Assembly (NCBI GenBank): GCA_965214255.1
Contig: OZ243948.1
Coordinates: forward strand, 1,433,885-1,497,884
Source of the DNA: Alphaproteobacteria bacterium
GTDB taxonomy: Bacteria; Pseudomonadota; Alphaproteobacteria; SMXP01
Length of the DNA stretch: 64,000 bases
Direction: 5' to 3'
Shown here: in pieces, positions 27,958 to 38,027 of the stretch
Layout of the letters: each line of letters opens with the position of its first letter
Numbering within the stretch: the first letter of the stretch is position 1
Translations under genes and position numbers: made by a program
The notes under the pieces: model-generated
Database searches by the model: none
Told to the model about the DNA's origin: nothing
Seen by the model: only the letters and a program-made list of their open reading frames with translations

Positions 27958-29475
27958 CTAGGCGCCCCATTTGGGCAGCGGGAAGTCCGCCACCGGGATG
28001 GTCGTGGTCTTTGCTTCCGTAAAGAAATGCAGACAGTCCTCGCCGCTGTCGCGGCCCACGCCGGAGTTCTTGTAACCGCCGAAGGGCGCGCGCAGTTCAC
28101 GGGTGATGGGCGTATTCACCCAGACCGTACCGGCGCGCAAGTCCCGAGACGCTTTCATGATCGTCGCGACGTCCTTCGACCAAATATATGCGACAAGCCC
28201 GTACTCCGTGGCGTTGGCGATAGCGATCGCCTCGTCCAGGTCGTCGAATTTCAAAAACGTCGCAAAAGGACCGAAGATCTCTTCCTGACAGACGCGGGTG
28301 TCGTTGCTGCGCGCAAGCACGGCGGTGGGTTCGACATAATAGCCGCGCCCGTGGGCGGCGGCGCGTTTGCCGCCGGTCAGCAGTTCCGCGCCTTCGCCCG
28401 TCGCGATGTCCACATAGGACAGAACCTTTTTCATATGACCCTCGAAACACAAGGGGCCGATCTGGGTGGCCGGGTCCATCGGGTCGCCCACGACGATGTT
28501 GGAACAGCGCTTGGTGAATTTGTCGATGAACTCGTCGGCGACGGCCCGCTCGACAAGAATGCGCGACCCGGCCAGGCATTGCTGACCGTTGCCGCCGTAA
28601 ATGCTGAGCAGCGATCCGTCAAGCGCGCGGTCCAGATCGGCGTTGGCGCAGATGATGTTGGCCGACTTTCCCCCCAATTCCAGCGCCACGGGTTTGAGAC
28701 CCTCACCGGCGCGCGACATGATCGCGCGGCCCGTGCCCGTCCCGCCGGTAAAGGACACGACGTCGACGTCCGCGTGAGCGACGAGCGCATCGCCGGTGAC
28801 ATGGCCGCGGCCGTTGACAAGATTGACCACGCCTTCGGGCAAGTCGGTTTCGTGCATGAGTTCGACCAGCCGCCTGAGCGAGAGGGGCGTGTATTCCGAC
28901 GGCTTGATCACGCAGGTATTTCCGAACGCGATACAGGATGCGATTTTCATGGAACACAGGCCGAGCGGCACGTTCCACGGACCGATGAGCGCGCCCACGC
29001 CGACGGGCTCCCGCGTCACATATGACACGTAGGGCCTGGTCTGATCGTAAGCGTCGCCTTGGGCCTGGCTCGCCACCTCGGCGAAATACTCGAAATTCCA
29101 GCCCGTGCGCGGGATCATCATGCCCTCGACGCTGAGCATGGGAAGGCCGGAGTCGAGAACTTCGAGAAAGGCGAGTTCCTGCGCGTGATCCAAAACGATA
29201 TCGCGTATCTGCAAGAGAACCTTCTTGCGCGCCGCGACGTCCATTGCCGGCCAAGGTCCGCCGTCGAATGCGGCGCGCGCGGCAGCCGCGGCGGCCGCGG
29301 CTTCATCGGCGTCGGCCTCGGCAAGAACGGTCAGGACGTCTTCCGTCGCCGGATTGATCGAGGGAATCTCGTGCGCGGCGCCAGAGTCGACGGACTCGCC
29401 GCCGATAAAGCTGGTGACGCGGGGCGGCACCGCAAAGGGAAACTCACCGGATTCAACCGCCGTCATGGTCATCAA
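27958..29475 (-). CDS. NAD(P)+-dependent aldehyde dehydrogenase
   Basis: ALDH catalytic Cys region (GQQCLAGSRILV) and Glu region (LELGGKSA). Confidence 0.9.
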   Translation of the reverse strand: MMTMTAVESGEFPFAVPPRVTSFIGGESVDSGAAHEIPSINPATEDVLTVLAEADADEAAAAAAAARAAFDGGPWPAMDVAARKKVLLQIRDIVLDHAQELAFLEVLDSGLPMLSVEGMMIPRTGWNFEYFAEVASQAQGDAYDQTRPYVSYVTREPVGVGALIGPWNVPLGLCSMKIASCIAFGNTCVIKPSEYTPLSLRRLVELMHETDLPEGVVNLVNGRGHVTGDALVAHADVDVVSFTGGTGTGRAIMSRAGEGLKPVALELGGKSANIICANADLDRALDGSLLSIYGGNGQQCLAGSRILVERAVADEFIDKFTKRCSNIVVGDPMDPATQIGPLCFEGHMKKVLSYVDIATGEGAELLTGGKRAAAHGRGYYVEPTAVLARSNDTRVCQEEIFGPFATFLKFDDLDEAIAIANATEYGLVAYIWSKDVATIMKASRDLRAGTVWVNTPITRELRAPFGGYKNSGVGRDSGEDCLHFFTEAKTTTIPVADFPLPKWGA

Positions 29476-29512
29476 TAAGGCTCCTTGCGCCGCGCGTCGT
29501 TACAGGACGAGT

Positions 29513-30712
29513 CTAGCTCATGACGTGAACGTTCGGAAGCCGTGAACCCGCCCATTGGGCTGTGGCGCGAGAGCCGCTCGATCGAGGGCGCGCCGGGGCC
29601 GGACCCGCCCGGCCCCAGTCTTCGGCTCCTTCCTCGATACGGCGGAAAAGTTCGGCGCTGAGGTTCTGCGCCTGTGCGAGTTGAGCGTCGGTCATGATCT
29701 TTCGCAGCGAGTCTCTGGCTTCCGCCGCTTTTTGATCTGGACCTTCGAAGACTCTATTGACTTCACCTTCCCGCGCAGCGGCAATGTTGAACCAGGCATA
29801 CGCCTGAACATAATCCTGCGGCACGCCCCAGCCCTCACGGTACATGACGCCGAGGTTGTATTGGGCCTGGGCCCCCAAAAACGCCCCATGCTCGGCGGAC
29901 TTGCGGAACCACTCCACGGCTTGAGCATAGCTCTGCGGCACACCCCGGCCTTGGGCGTACATGGTACCGAGTGTGTTTTGGGCGTGGGCCCCCAAAAACC
30001 CCCGCCCATGCTCGGCGGTCTTGCGGAACCACTCAAAGGCTTGGGCATCGCTCTGCGGCACGCCCCGGCCTTCGGCGTACATCCGGCCGAGTTCGCTTTG
30101 GGCACCGACATCCCCCTGCTCGGCGGCTTTGCGAAACCACTCAAAGGCTTGGGCGTCGCTCTGCGGCACGTCACTGCCGATGATGTACTTGAGGCCGAGC
30201 ATATATTGGGCGACGGCATAGCCCTGCTCGGCGGACTTGCGGTACCACGCCACGGCTTGGGCGTCGCTCCGCGGTACGCCCCAGCCATTGGAGTACATAC
30301 GGCCGAGGTTGTATTGGGCGGCGGCATCCCCCTGCTCGGCACCCTTTAGAGACCGCTCGGCGGCCTTGAGAAACCACTCAACAGCTTGGGCGTCGCTCTC
30401 AGGTACACCCTCGCCATATTCATACATTCTGCCGAGTTCAAGTGCGGCGCCCGCATGCTCCTGCTCGGCGGCCTTGCGGTACCACTCCACGGCTTGGGCG
30501 TCGCTCTCAGGCACGCCCTGACCTTGATAATACATGAGGCCGAGGTTGTACTGGGCTTCGGCATCTCCCTGCTCGGCCAAAGGCAGAAATTCCCTGTACG
30601 CGGCGTCGTAATCGCGTCGGTCGTAAGCGGCCAAACCGGCCTCAAGATCCGCCGCCGGGGCGACGGTCGTCCAGAGCAGCCACACCGACAGCGCGGCAAC
30701 GAATCGCCTCAT
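29513..30712 (-). CDS. Sel1-like repeat (TPR-like) protein with signal peptide
   Basis: At least 9 repeats of AQYNLGxMYxxGxGVPxSDAQAVEWYRKAAEQG, with matching internally repetitive DNA. Confidence 0.85.
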   Translation of the reverse strand: MRRFVAALSVWLLWTTVAPAADLEAGLAAYDRRDYDAAYREFLPLAEQGDAEAQYNLGLMYYQGQGVPESDAQAVEWYRKAAEQEHAGAALELGRMYEYGEGVPESDAQAVEWFLKAAERSLKGAEQGDAAAQYNLGRMYSNGWGVPRSDAQAVAWYRKSAEQGYAVAQYMLGLKYIIGSDVPQSDAQAFEWFRKAAEQGDVGAQSELGRMYAEGRGVPQSDAQAFEWFRKTAEHGRGFLGAHAQNTLGTMYAQGRGVPQSYAQAVEWFRKSAEHGAFLGAQAQYNLGVMYREGWGVPQDYVQAYAWFNIAAAREGEVNRVFEGPDQKAAEARDSLRKIMTDAQLAQAQNLSAELFRRIEEGAEDWGRAGPAPARPRSSGSRATAQWAGSRLPNVHVMS

Positions 30713-30745
30713 CTCACCCCATCTCTCTTCGCCGGCGCCATAGAG

Positions 30746-32662
30746 CTAAACCTTCCTGGTGCGCATCTCCGCAATTGAAATATCGGGATGCCAGGTCAGT
30801 TCGCCGCCCGGGCCCCAACGCTCGGTCCGGATGTCGAGAATATAGGGCTTGCCGTCCCGCGTGGCGTCGATGCCGCGGCGGATGGCGTTGCGCAAGTCGG
30901 ACGGGTCTTCCGCCACCTCGCCGTCGATGCCGAAGGCTTTGGCCATGTGGACGAAATCGACGTCCGGGTCGCCAAGATAGGTGACCAGGTCTTTTTTGGC
31001 CTTGCCCTGGTTGCCGCCCCATCCGAACGCGCGGTTCATATTGTAGCCGTGGTTGTTGTAAATGACCTGGAGAACCGGCGCGTCATACCGCGCCAAGCTC
31101 CAGAGCGCGTTCTGGAACATGAACGCGCCGTCGCCGCACATGGAAACGACCTGCCGGTCCGGCTGCGCAAGCTTGGCGCCCAGCGCGACGCCCGACCCCC
31201 AACCCAGAACTTCGCCGGGCGTGGGGCCCAGCATCATTTTTTTGTCGTCGGCAAAATCGAACCAGTCGGGCGCGCCCAACAACGGCTCGCCCACGACGAT
31301 GGCGTCGTCGTCGAGCAACTCGTTCAAATCGCTCGACACACGGGCCGTCGTCATGGGGGCCTTGTTCCATGTACGACGCGACCTCGCGACGCGCCTTTCG
31401 TGGGTTTGATCGGTGAAAGCCTTGATGCGCGCGAACCGCTCGGTTCGGATCAAGGCGATCCGCTCGGCGGTCGCGACCGATTTGACGGCGTCGATCAGAT
31501 CCTCGATGGCCGCGCGCGCCTCGGAGACGATGCTCACTTCGGTCGGATGATGGAGCGCCAGCTTCCTGGGCTCTATGGACACCTGAACATATTTGGCGTT
31601 CTTCGGCAGCGGCCCGGTCAATATGTAGTTGCTCCTCTCGGGAAACTGCGAGCCCAAGGCAATGAAAAGGTCGCAATCGCGCATATAACCGATGAACGGC
31701 GTATGCCGGCCCAGGAACAACGGATGCCGGCTCGGAAAGTCCGCAAAAGGACTCCAGCCCTGGGTGACGGGTACGGCCAACAGATCCGCAAGCTCGATCA
31801 TTTGCGGCGTCCCCTTGGACTTGGTCACCTCAAGGCCCACCATGATCAACGGATTTTCCGCTTCGACAAGCAGCCTGGCGAGTTCCGTTATCGCTTCGGG
31901 GTGGGCTCTGATGCCGGAGGCCACTTCGAATTTGTCCTGGGGTAAAATCCTTCCCGTCGCCTCCTGCTTGTAGAGATCTTCGTTGAGTTGCAGGAACGTG
32001 GGTCCGCCCGGCGCGGTGTGCGCAATCTGAATGGCGCGGCGGGTGAACTCGGGAACCCGCTCCGCGTCATACATCCGATAGCTCCACTTCATGAACGGGT
32101 CCATGACCTCTTGCCAGTCGACGAGTTCGATATTGCCGCGCCGCTCGGACGTCTCGCCGCTTTCGCGCGCCGTCATCACCAGCAGAGACGAGCGGTCGGC
32201 CATCGCGTTGTGGATGTTGCCGGCGGCATTGCCGAGACCGGGCTTGGGAATGATCACCGCCCCCACCTCGCCGCCGGAGGCCATGTGATACCCCTCGGCC
32301 ATGGCGACGCACTGTCCTTCGTTGGTGGCCAGGAAGTTCTTGATCTGCGGCCGGGTCACCACGGAATCGAAAAACTTGCCGATGCCGGCGCCGCAGCCGT
32401 GGAACAAATGGGTGATATCGGCTTCCAAAAGCGCTTCGCACAGAAGGTCCGCGCCGTTGCCCGTCACTTCGCGCGCGCCCCGGGCGTCGCGCTCGGGCGC
32501 GGAGGAGGGAGCGCCGGAGGGCATCTCCTGCGCCTTGAGTTGGGACATATTGCTCATGAGCGCTTCGGCGGAGGCCGCGGTCACGCCGAGGGCCGCCAAC
32601 TCTCCCATGAAACCGCGGCGAGAAATCTTGTCGTCGAGATATCGTTTGACGAGAGCTCTCAT
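30746..32662 (-). CDS. Thiamine-pyrophosphate-dependent enzyme (acetolactate-synthase/benzoylformate-decarboxylase-like) with an N-terminal twin-arginine signal
   Basis: TPP-binding motif GDGAFMFQNALWSLARYDAPVLQVIYNNHGYNM (GDG-x24-NN). Tat motif ISRRGFMGELAALGVTAASAEA. Confidence 0.8.
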   Translation of the reverse strand: MRALVKRYLDDKISRRGFMGELAALGVTAASAEALMSNMSQLKAQEMPSGAPSSAPERDARGAREVTGNGADLLCEALLEADITHLFHGCGAGIGKFFDSVVTRPQIKNFLATNEGQCVAMAEGYHMASGGEVGAVIIPKPGLGNAAGNIHNAMADRSSLLVMTARESGETSERRGNIELVDWQEVMDPFMKWSYRMYDAERVPEFTRRAIQIAHTAPGGPTFLQLNEDLYKQEATGRILPQDKFEVASGIRAHPEAITELARLLVEAENPLIMVGLEVTKSKGTPQMIELADLLAVPVTQGWSPFADFPSRHPLFLGRHTPFIGYMRDCDLFIALGSQFPERSNYILTGPLPKNAKYVQVSIEPRKLALHHPTEVSIVSEARAAIEDLIDAVKSVATAERIALIRTERFARIKAFTDQTHERRVARSRRTWNKAPMTTARVSSDLNELLDDDAIVVGEPLLGAPDWFDFADDKKMMLGPTPGEVLGWGSGVALGAKLAQPDRQVVSMCGDGAFMFQNALWSLARYDAPVLQVIYNNHGYNMNRAFGWGGNQGKAKKDLVTYLGDPDVDFVHMAKAFGIDGEVAEDPSDLRNAIRRGIDATRDGKPYILDIRTERWGPGGELTWHPDISIAEMRTRKV

Positions 32663-32801
32663 TTTTCTCTCCTTTGCTGCTTCCGGAACCGTCTCGCAAC
32701 TCCGGGCGGCGCGGTCACCGCAGAGAGCGGGCGTATACCAAGCGGATCAGACACGTCCAATGGATACTATGCATGGGTTTCGTAAAGGACAACCGTCGAA
32801 C

Positions 32802-33128
32802 CTAGTTCACGTCATCGGAAGCCGTCAAATAGGCGTAAATGTCGCCCACTTCGCCGTCGGTGAAGAGACCCGTGAAATCGGGCATGTAGGGGCTGCCGCC
32901 GGTGAGCAGCACCTCAAGATCGGCCAACTCTCCTTCGAAGACCTCAAGCCCCGACTTTTGGGCCCCGTGGCAGCGCTCGCAAAACTCGCCGTACAGGCCG
33001 GCGCCGTTGGCGGACTCGGCGGCGGCAGCCTTCGAGACGCCCAATCCCCGTTTCACGGACGGGGCCGACAGCCAAAGGCTCCACGCCAGGACCGAAGCCA
33101 AAACGACAAAGCCGACAGCCTTGCTCAT
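32802..33128 (-). CDS. Monoheme c-type cytochrome (periplasmic)
   Basis: CERCHG heme-binding site. Internal ATG 33128 gives the signal peptide MSKAVGFVVLASVLAWSLWLSA. Confidence 0.75.
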   Translation of the reverse strand: MSKAVGFVVLASVLAWSLWLSAPSVKRGLGVSKAAAAESANGAGLYGEFCERCHGAQKSGLEVFEGELADLEVLLTGGSPYMPDFTGLFTDGEVGDIYAYLTASDDVN

Positions 33129-33343
33129 GCTCGAATCCTCGACGCGAACCCCAAAACCCGGAAACCGGCCTTTTTCAATCTCACAAAGGCGTTTATACCT
33201 TCTTCGCGCGCCGCGCCGCAACGGCAGTTTCCGGATAGGCAACGCCAACCGGCCGGAGCGCAGCCGTGTCGGCACCCTCGCCGTGCGGGCGATGGATGAC
33301 AGTCATGGCGCCGAGAAGCCGTGCAAGAGGAAGGAACATCCCG

Positions 33344-33928
33344 ATGGATACGCAAGCCGTGTTTCATTATCTCTGCGAGAACCGCCGCAGCGCGGATGAC
33401 ATTCCCGATCACAAGGGACCGGGCGTATACGCCATCTTCGCCCGCTCAACCGGATGCTTGCCCGGCATCAAGCTGGAGAAAAGCAGACTCGTCTACGTGG
33501 GTCACGGCAAGGACCTCGCCGAGCGCACCGGCGACCATTTCACGGAGCAGAAGAGCGGCCGATCTACCCTAAGGCGGAGCCTCGGGGCGCTGCTCAAATC
33601 GGAGTTGGGCCTGAAGGCCGAACCCTGGTCGGGGGGCCGCTCGGAGAGTAACTATACAAATTATCGTTTCGCAGACAACGGCGAAGCGGACTTGAGCGCA
33701 TGGATGCGACGCGACCTCACATGTGCAATCTATCCCTTCAACGGCGACACGGAAACCCTTAAAAAACGGCTGAAAACCCTTGAGAAACAACTGATCGAGG
33801 AAAACGAACCGCCCCTCAACCTGAAAAGTTGGCCTAATCGTTATCCTAATCCTTATAAAGAGGAAATTGAGGAATTGAGGAAACAGTGCAGGGAAGAGGC
33901 GAAACGCACCCTTAGCGGCTCCGCGTAG
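33344..33928 (+). CDS. Stand-alone GIY-YIG nuclease-domain protein
   Basis: GPGVYAIFA…LVYVGHGKDLAERTGDHF resembles the GIY-(10-17)-YIG-(x)-R block (compare UvrC VIYVGKAKDLKKRLSSYF). ATG 33344 is preceded by aggaagga. The 3' third is low-GC. Confidence 0.6.
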   Translation: MDTQAVFHYLCENRRSADDIPDHKGPGVYAIFARSTGCLPGIKLEKSRLVYVGHGKDLAERTGDHFTEQKSGRSTLRRSLGALLKSELGLKAEPWSGGRSESNYTNYRFADNGEADLSAWMRRDLTCAIYPFNGDTETLKKRLKTLEKQLIEENEPPLNLKSWPNRYPNPYKEEIEELRKQCREEAKRTLSGSA

Positions 33929-34004
33929 GGCGGCCGTGGAAGCGGATTGAGGACGCCCTCCGGCATTCGGTTTTCAAACCCGGCGCGATTCGGCGGCGGC
34001 GGAT

Positions 34005-35153
34005 CTATTCCGCGGCTTGGGCGACATCCCTGGCAGGCACGCGGGGCACCACATCATGCACCCAGCCGTCGGGCGCGGCGCGGCGCGCGGGCGACGGAAC
34101 GACGCGGTAGTGATCGTCCGCCGCAAGCTCGGCCATGCGCCGCTTGTCGATTTGCCAGCCCCTGTCGCGCATACCGCGCATCACGCGCCAATAAGCCTGC
34201 CACAGGCGATCCTCGCGGTCGACGTGAATGGCCCGTTCGCTGGGCATGCTCGGCGCGCGCTTCGGCAAGACCGCTTCGGCAATGGCGCGGTCTTCGCGAA
34301 TATTCTTCAGATTGCGCTTCAGGTGCTCCTCATCCATGGACTCGTCGGTCATGAAATTCCGCGTGAACACCCAGCGCATATGCGTGGTCTCGTCGTCAAT
34401 CGGCGTCGACGTCTCGTAAAACACCATGCGCATGCCGGACCCCGCGCCGCCGATTTCGACATCGCCGCGCAGCGTCCAACCGGGAACGAAGAACGTAAAC
34501 CTGGAAACGACGGTGGGACGCTCCTTTTCGCGCACTTTGCCCCACTCGCCTTTCGGGCCGGGCGTCGATACTTCTATGAATGTCTTGAAGCCGTTTTCAA
34601 AAAACTCGACCTTGTGATCCGGCGGGCGATTGGGATTGTCGCCGCCGAACGGCGTGCCGTGGACGATCGGCAAATGAACGTGGTCGAAGTTGGACATTTT
34701 GGCGTAGTGATAGTTGCAATCCCAAATCTCTTCGTAGTGAAAATGACGAAATGCGGGATCGTCATATTGCGGCATGTCATAGATCGGCATGGCCGCGTCC
34801 GGGTCTTCGCCCAAAAAGGTCCAAATGAGACCGTATTTTTCCTGGGTCGGATAGGAATCGACGCGCGCCCGGTCGGGAATGTCCTTTTCCGGTCGTTCTT
34901 GCGACGGCACCATGACGCAGGCGCCGCTCGCATCGAAGCGCCAACCGTGAAACGGACACGCCACCGCGCCGTCGCCATGGCATGCGCCGTCGCCCAAATT
35001 GGCGCCTCGATGGGGACAAACGCCGCTCAAGCAAACGGCGCGGCCGTTCTTGTCGCGAAACAGCACGAAATCACGGCCGAGCATGCGCACATGCCGCGGT
35101 TCGTCCTTCAGGTTTTCGCCGGTCTCGGCAACATACCAGACGTTGGTGTACAT
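34005..35153 (-). CDS. Rieske [2Fe-2S] non-heme-iron oxygenase, alpha-subunit-like
   Basis: Rieske motif CPHRG…(16)…CPFHGW. The start is the internal ATG 35153. Confidence 0.8.
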   Translation of the reverse strand: MYTNVWYVAETGENLKDEPRHVRMLGRDFVLFRDKNGRAVCLSGVCPHRGANLGDGACHGDGAVACPFHGWRFDASGACVMVPSQERPEKDIPDRARVDSYPTQEKYGLIWTFLGEDPDAAMPIYDMPQYDDPAFRHFHYEEIWDCNYHYAKMSNFDHVHLPIVHGTPFGGDNPNRPPDHKVEFFENGFKTFIEVSTPGPKGEWGKVREKERPTVVSRFTFFVPGWTLRGDVEIGGAGSGMRMVFYETSTPIDDETTHMRWVFTRNFMTDESMDEEHLKRNLKNIREDRAIAEAVLPKRAPSMPSERAIHVDREDRLWQAYWRVMRGMRDRGWQIDKRRMAELAADDHYRVVPSPARRAAPDGWVHDVVPRVPARDVAQAAE

Positions 35154-35259
35154 GGGTCCGTCTCCTAAGTGATGGCCTGTTCCCCTGCCGCCTTTCGTTC
35201 TCGGGCCGCCGGTGAGCGGAACGGAACCCCACACCCCGCCGCTGGACGGCCAGACGGAC

Positions 35260-36174
35260 TTAGAAATGGTACTTCAGTCCCCCGGTTACGGTCCAGTTGC
35301 TTATCGCGTCCAGGTCCAAATCGGTCGTAAACGGCGTGGTGCCGTCCGCGCGGACCGGCGCGTGACTGCGGATCGATTCCCACAACTTGTCCTTTTCCTC
35401 AAAACCGCGAAAGCGGGTCCAGCGTATTTTCGTACCGATGGAAACATCGTCGCTGAGCGCGTAGTCGACACCACCCGCGACCTGAAAGCCGAAAGCGGTC
35501 CCCTCCAGATTCGTGTCTATAATGCTGACCGTACCGGCGGCGGCCCGCTGCCATTCCTCCGGGCCAAGATCCGCCTTGCGCGAAAAGCGGGCCTTGTAGC
35601 GCATTTCTATCAGGCCCAGCCCCACGCCGCCGCCGAGATAGGGCGTCCAACGAGACTCATTGCGAAAATCGTAGTAGACGTTGAAAAAGAAATGCTGGGC
35701 GCCGAAATCGTTAATGCCTTCCGAGGGCGGATCGTCCTCCCTCCATTCGCTCTGTTTGGTCGCGAGAGGGTCGTTCGTTCGCGACCCCAGGCTGACGGGC
35801 TTTTCTTCCGAACCCTGGCGACGGTTAAGATACTCCGCTTCGAAACGGAAACTGCCGAGCGCGTAACCGAAGGTCGCGGCGCCCGCAAAACCCGCACCCG
35901 GGCCGAAGCTGTTCGAGAAAAGCGCCGCGGGGTCGTTGTTCGTGCAAACGTCGTCGGTCGGGGCGTCGCCGGGGTCGGCGTAGAGAAGGGTATCGCAGCG
36001 CGTGGGGTGATTGACTCCCGACTGCGAAATACCGACATCCCCGGAGATCGAGACTCCCGCTTCAACGCCCACGTAAAATCCGTCTTCCGCGGCGCGCCCG
36101 TCCGCGGCCCGGAAAATCAGCAGCAAAAATCCGAGACAAACCCCGGGGAGATTTTCAAGATTGCGTTTGCTCAT
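35260..36174 (-). CDS. Outer-membrane beta-barrel protein (OmpA/OmpW-like porin family)
   Basis: Signal peptide, alternating amphipathic strands, and a C-terminal …GGLKYHF with terminal Phe. ATG 36174 is preceded by aaggaga. Confidence 0.7.
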   Translation of the reverse strand: MSKRNLENLPGVCLGFLLLIFRAADGRAAEDGFYVGVEAGVSISGDVGISQSGVNHPTRCDTLLYADPGDAPTDDVCTNNDPAALFSNSFGPGAGFAGAATFGYALGSFRFEAEYLNRRQGSEEKPVSLGSRTNDPLATKQSEWREDDPPSEGINDFGAQHFFFNVYYDFRNESRWTPYLGGGVGLGLIEMRYKARFSRKADLGPEEWQRAAAGTVSIIDTNLEGTAFGFQVAGGVDYALSDDVSIGTKIRWTRFRGFEEKDKLWESIRSHAPVRADGTTPFTTDLDLDAISNWTVTGGLKYHF

Positions 36175-36211
36175 CCCAAATATCTCCTTTTCGGAAATCA
36201 TCCCCGTTTCA

Positions 36212-37714
36212 TCACCTGCCGCCGAAAAACTCCGACCACTTTCCGTCGATGCGTTCGAAGGACTCGGGCGCATTCTCCTCCAGGAGCGTGCGCGAGTAAG
36301 GCGGCCAACCGGCGGGGCCGCCTTCATCCGGCAATTGCCGCGTGGCGTCGATCACCATTTTACTCGACAATCCGCGATGGGGAAGGCTCGGGTCCGGCGC
36401 GCGTTGCAGGGTTTGCGGAATGAACAGGTGCGCGCTCGGCTGCCAGCGCGCGCCGATCGCATGCAAAATCGAATGAGGGTCCAAAATATTGATGTCCTTG
36501 TCGACGACGATGACGGTTTTGCTGCCGAACGGCGTCGCCGCGATCGTCTGCCCGGTCTGAATGCCCTCGCCCGGCGCACGCTTGTCGATGGAGACGACGG
36601 CAAAGCCGAATGCGCCCGGCATCAAATAGTAGCCCGTCAAGTTGGGCAGCATGGCTTTGTAGCGAAAATACTCCGCCGCCAGTTGCGGACTCATGGGCAT
36701 GTCGTTGGTCACGCCGGTGAACGAGTTCATCACCCACGGCTGATGCCTGTGGGTGATCGCCGTAATATTCATGAAGAACACGCGGCTCTCCTCGGGGCCC
36801 ATATAGCCGTACATTTCCGCATACGGACCTTCCGGCTCCGACTCGTCGAGGGGGATTTCCCCTTCGATAATCATCTCCGCGGTCGCGGGTACGAGATAGT
36901 CGACGGTCTCGCATTTGACGACCTCGACCGGCTTGCCGCGCAAGCCCCCGGCGATGGCGAGTTCACTTTCGCCCAAGCCGGCCATCCGGTTGCTGGAAAC
37001 CGCAAACGTAATGGGGTCGGACCCGAAGGCGATGGCGCACGGCGCGACCTTCTCGCCGCGCCGCTTTTTGGCGTTCAGAATAAGCCAGCCGTGCTGTCCC
37101 GGCTGGGGGTTAACGGCGATCTTGTTTTTGCCTTTGAGCTGACAGCGGTAGGTGCCGACGTTGGGACCTATCTCTTCGTCATACAAAAACACCGACCCCA
37201 TATTGAGATAGCGGCCCGCGTCGGCCGGATTGTTCTTCAAAAACGCATATTGAAGAATGTCGATGTCATCGCCCGTATGAATCACCTCTTTACAGGGCGC
37301 CATGGAAGCGTCGATTTCGACGGGGTCTTCCGTCAGCCATTTGGCCGCCGCGTCCCGGCGTTTGCCGATCGCCTCGATAACGATTTTGTAAAGCTCCTGC
37401 TCGTCTTCCGTCTCCGTATCGAGACCGAAAGTCATGGCCTCGTCGACAAAACTGCCGTACGGGTTGCAGATAACGGGGCCTTCGCGCCACTCGCCGTCGA
37501 TTTTCAGGCGCTCGATCAGCAGAGCGGGCGCCCGGTCTTTGCCCAACCGGTCGATCATGCGATAGGCGAGCGCGGTCGCTTCATAAAAGTCCTGATCGAT
37601 TTCCGGGATGCGGACAAGCCGCCCTTCGGTCTCCAGCGCGTATATGTAATCGCGCATGGAGTCGTAGGGCCCGAGGTGAGGCTGATTGCCGGGGGAATGA
37701 GTACGAGAGGACAC
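36212..37714 (-). CDS. UbiD-family (prFMN-dependent) reversible decarboxylase
   Basis: Overall UbiD-like sequence (…ICNPYGSF…, …IIEGEIPLDE…). Confidence 0.8.
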   Translation of the reverse strand: MSSRTHSPGNQPHLGPYDSMRDYIYALETEGRLVRIPEIDQDFYEATALAYRMIDRLGKDRAPALLIERLKIDGEWREGPVICNPYGSFVDEAMTFGLDTETEDEQELYKIVIEAIGKRRDAAAKWLTEDPVEIDASMAPCKEVIHTGDDIDILQYAFLKNNPADAGRYLNMGSVFLYDEEIGPNVGTYRCQLKGKNKIAVNPQPGQHGWLILNAKKRRGEKVAPCAIAFGSDPITFAVSSNRMAGLGESELAIAGGLRGKPVEVVKCETVDYLVPATAEMIIEGEIPLDESEPEGPYAEMYGYMGPEESRVFFMNITAITHRHQPWVMNSFTGVTNDMPMSPQLAAEYFRYKAMLPNLTGYYLMPGAFGFAVVSIDKRAPGEGIQTGQTIAATPFGSKTVIVVDKDINILDPHSILHAIGARWQPSAHLFIPQTLQRAPDPSLPHRGLSSKMVIDATRQLPDEGGPAGWPPYSRTLLEENAPESFERIDGKWSEFFGGR

Positions 37715-38027
37715 AGATGACTCCCTGACGTCGTTGTCGGCCTTGGTCGCCGCCCTTTATATACGGCAGACCGCCCCAAGGAACCAAATATTGTGCCGTC
37801 GCCGCGCGGCGGACGCACGTTATGCGAAGCTGACGAATCGCAAGATGTCACGGACACAAGGCAAATCTCTCCGGCGGTTCACCGGCCGTGCCTCGCATCG
37901 TTTTCAGTCATCGGTCTTCACCGCTCGACCCGGCTTTCGACATTTGACAAGGTCGAATCAAGTGTGCGCTATTGATCGCTCAAGCGCCGCATCCAACCGG
38001 AAACTCATAAAGCCTAAGGAGACCGTC

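Noticed and set aside
27154-29025. 623-aa plus-strand ORF
   Set aside because: It is antisense to the amidohydrolase and aldehyde dehydrogenase genes.
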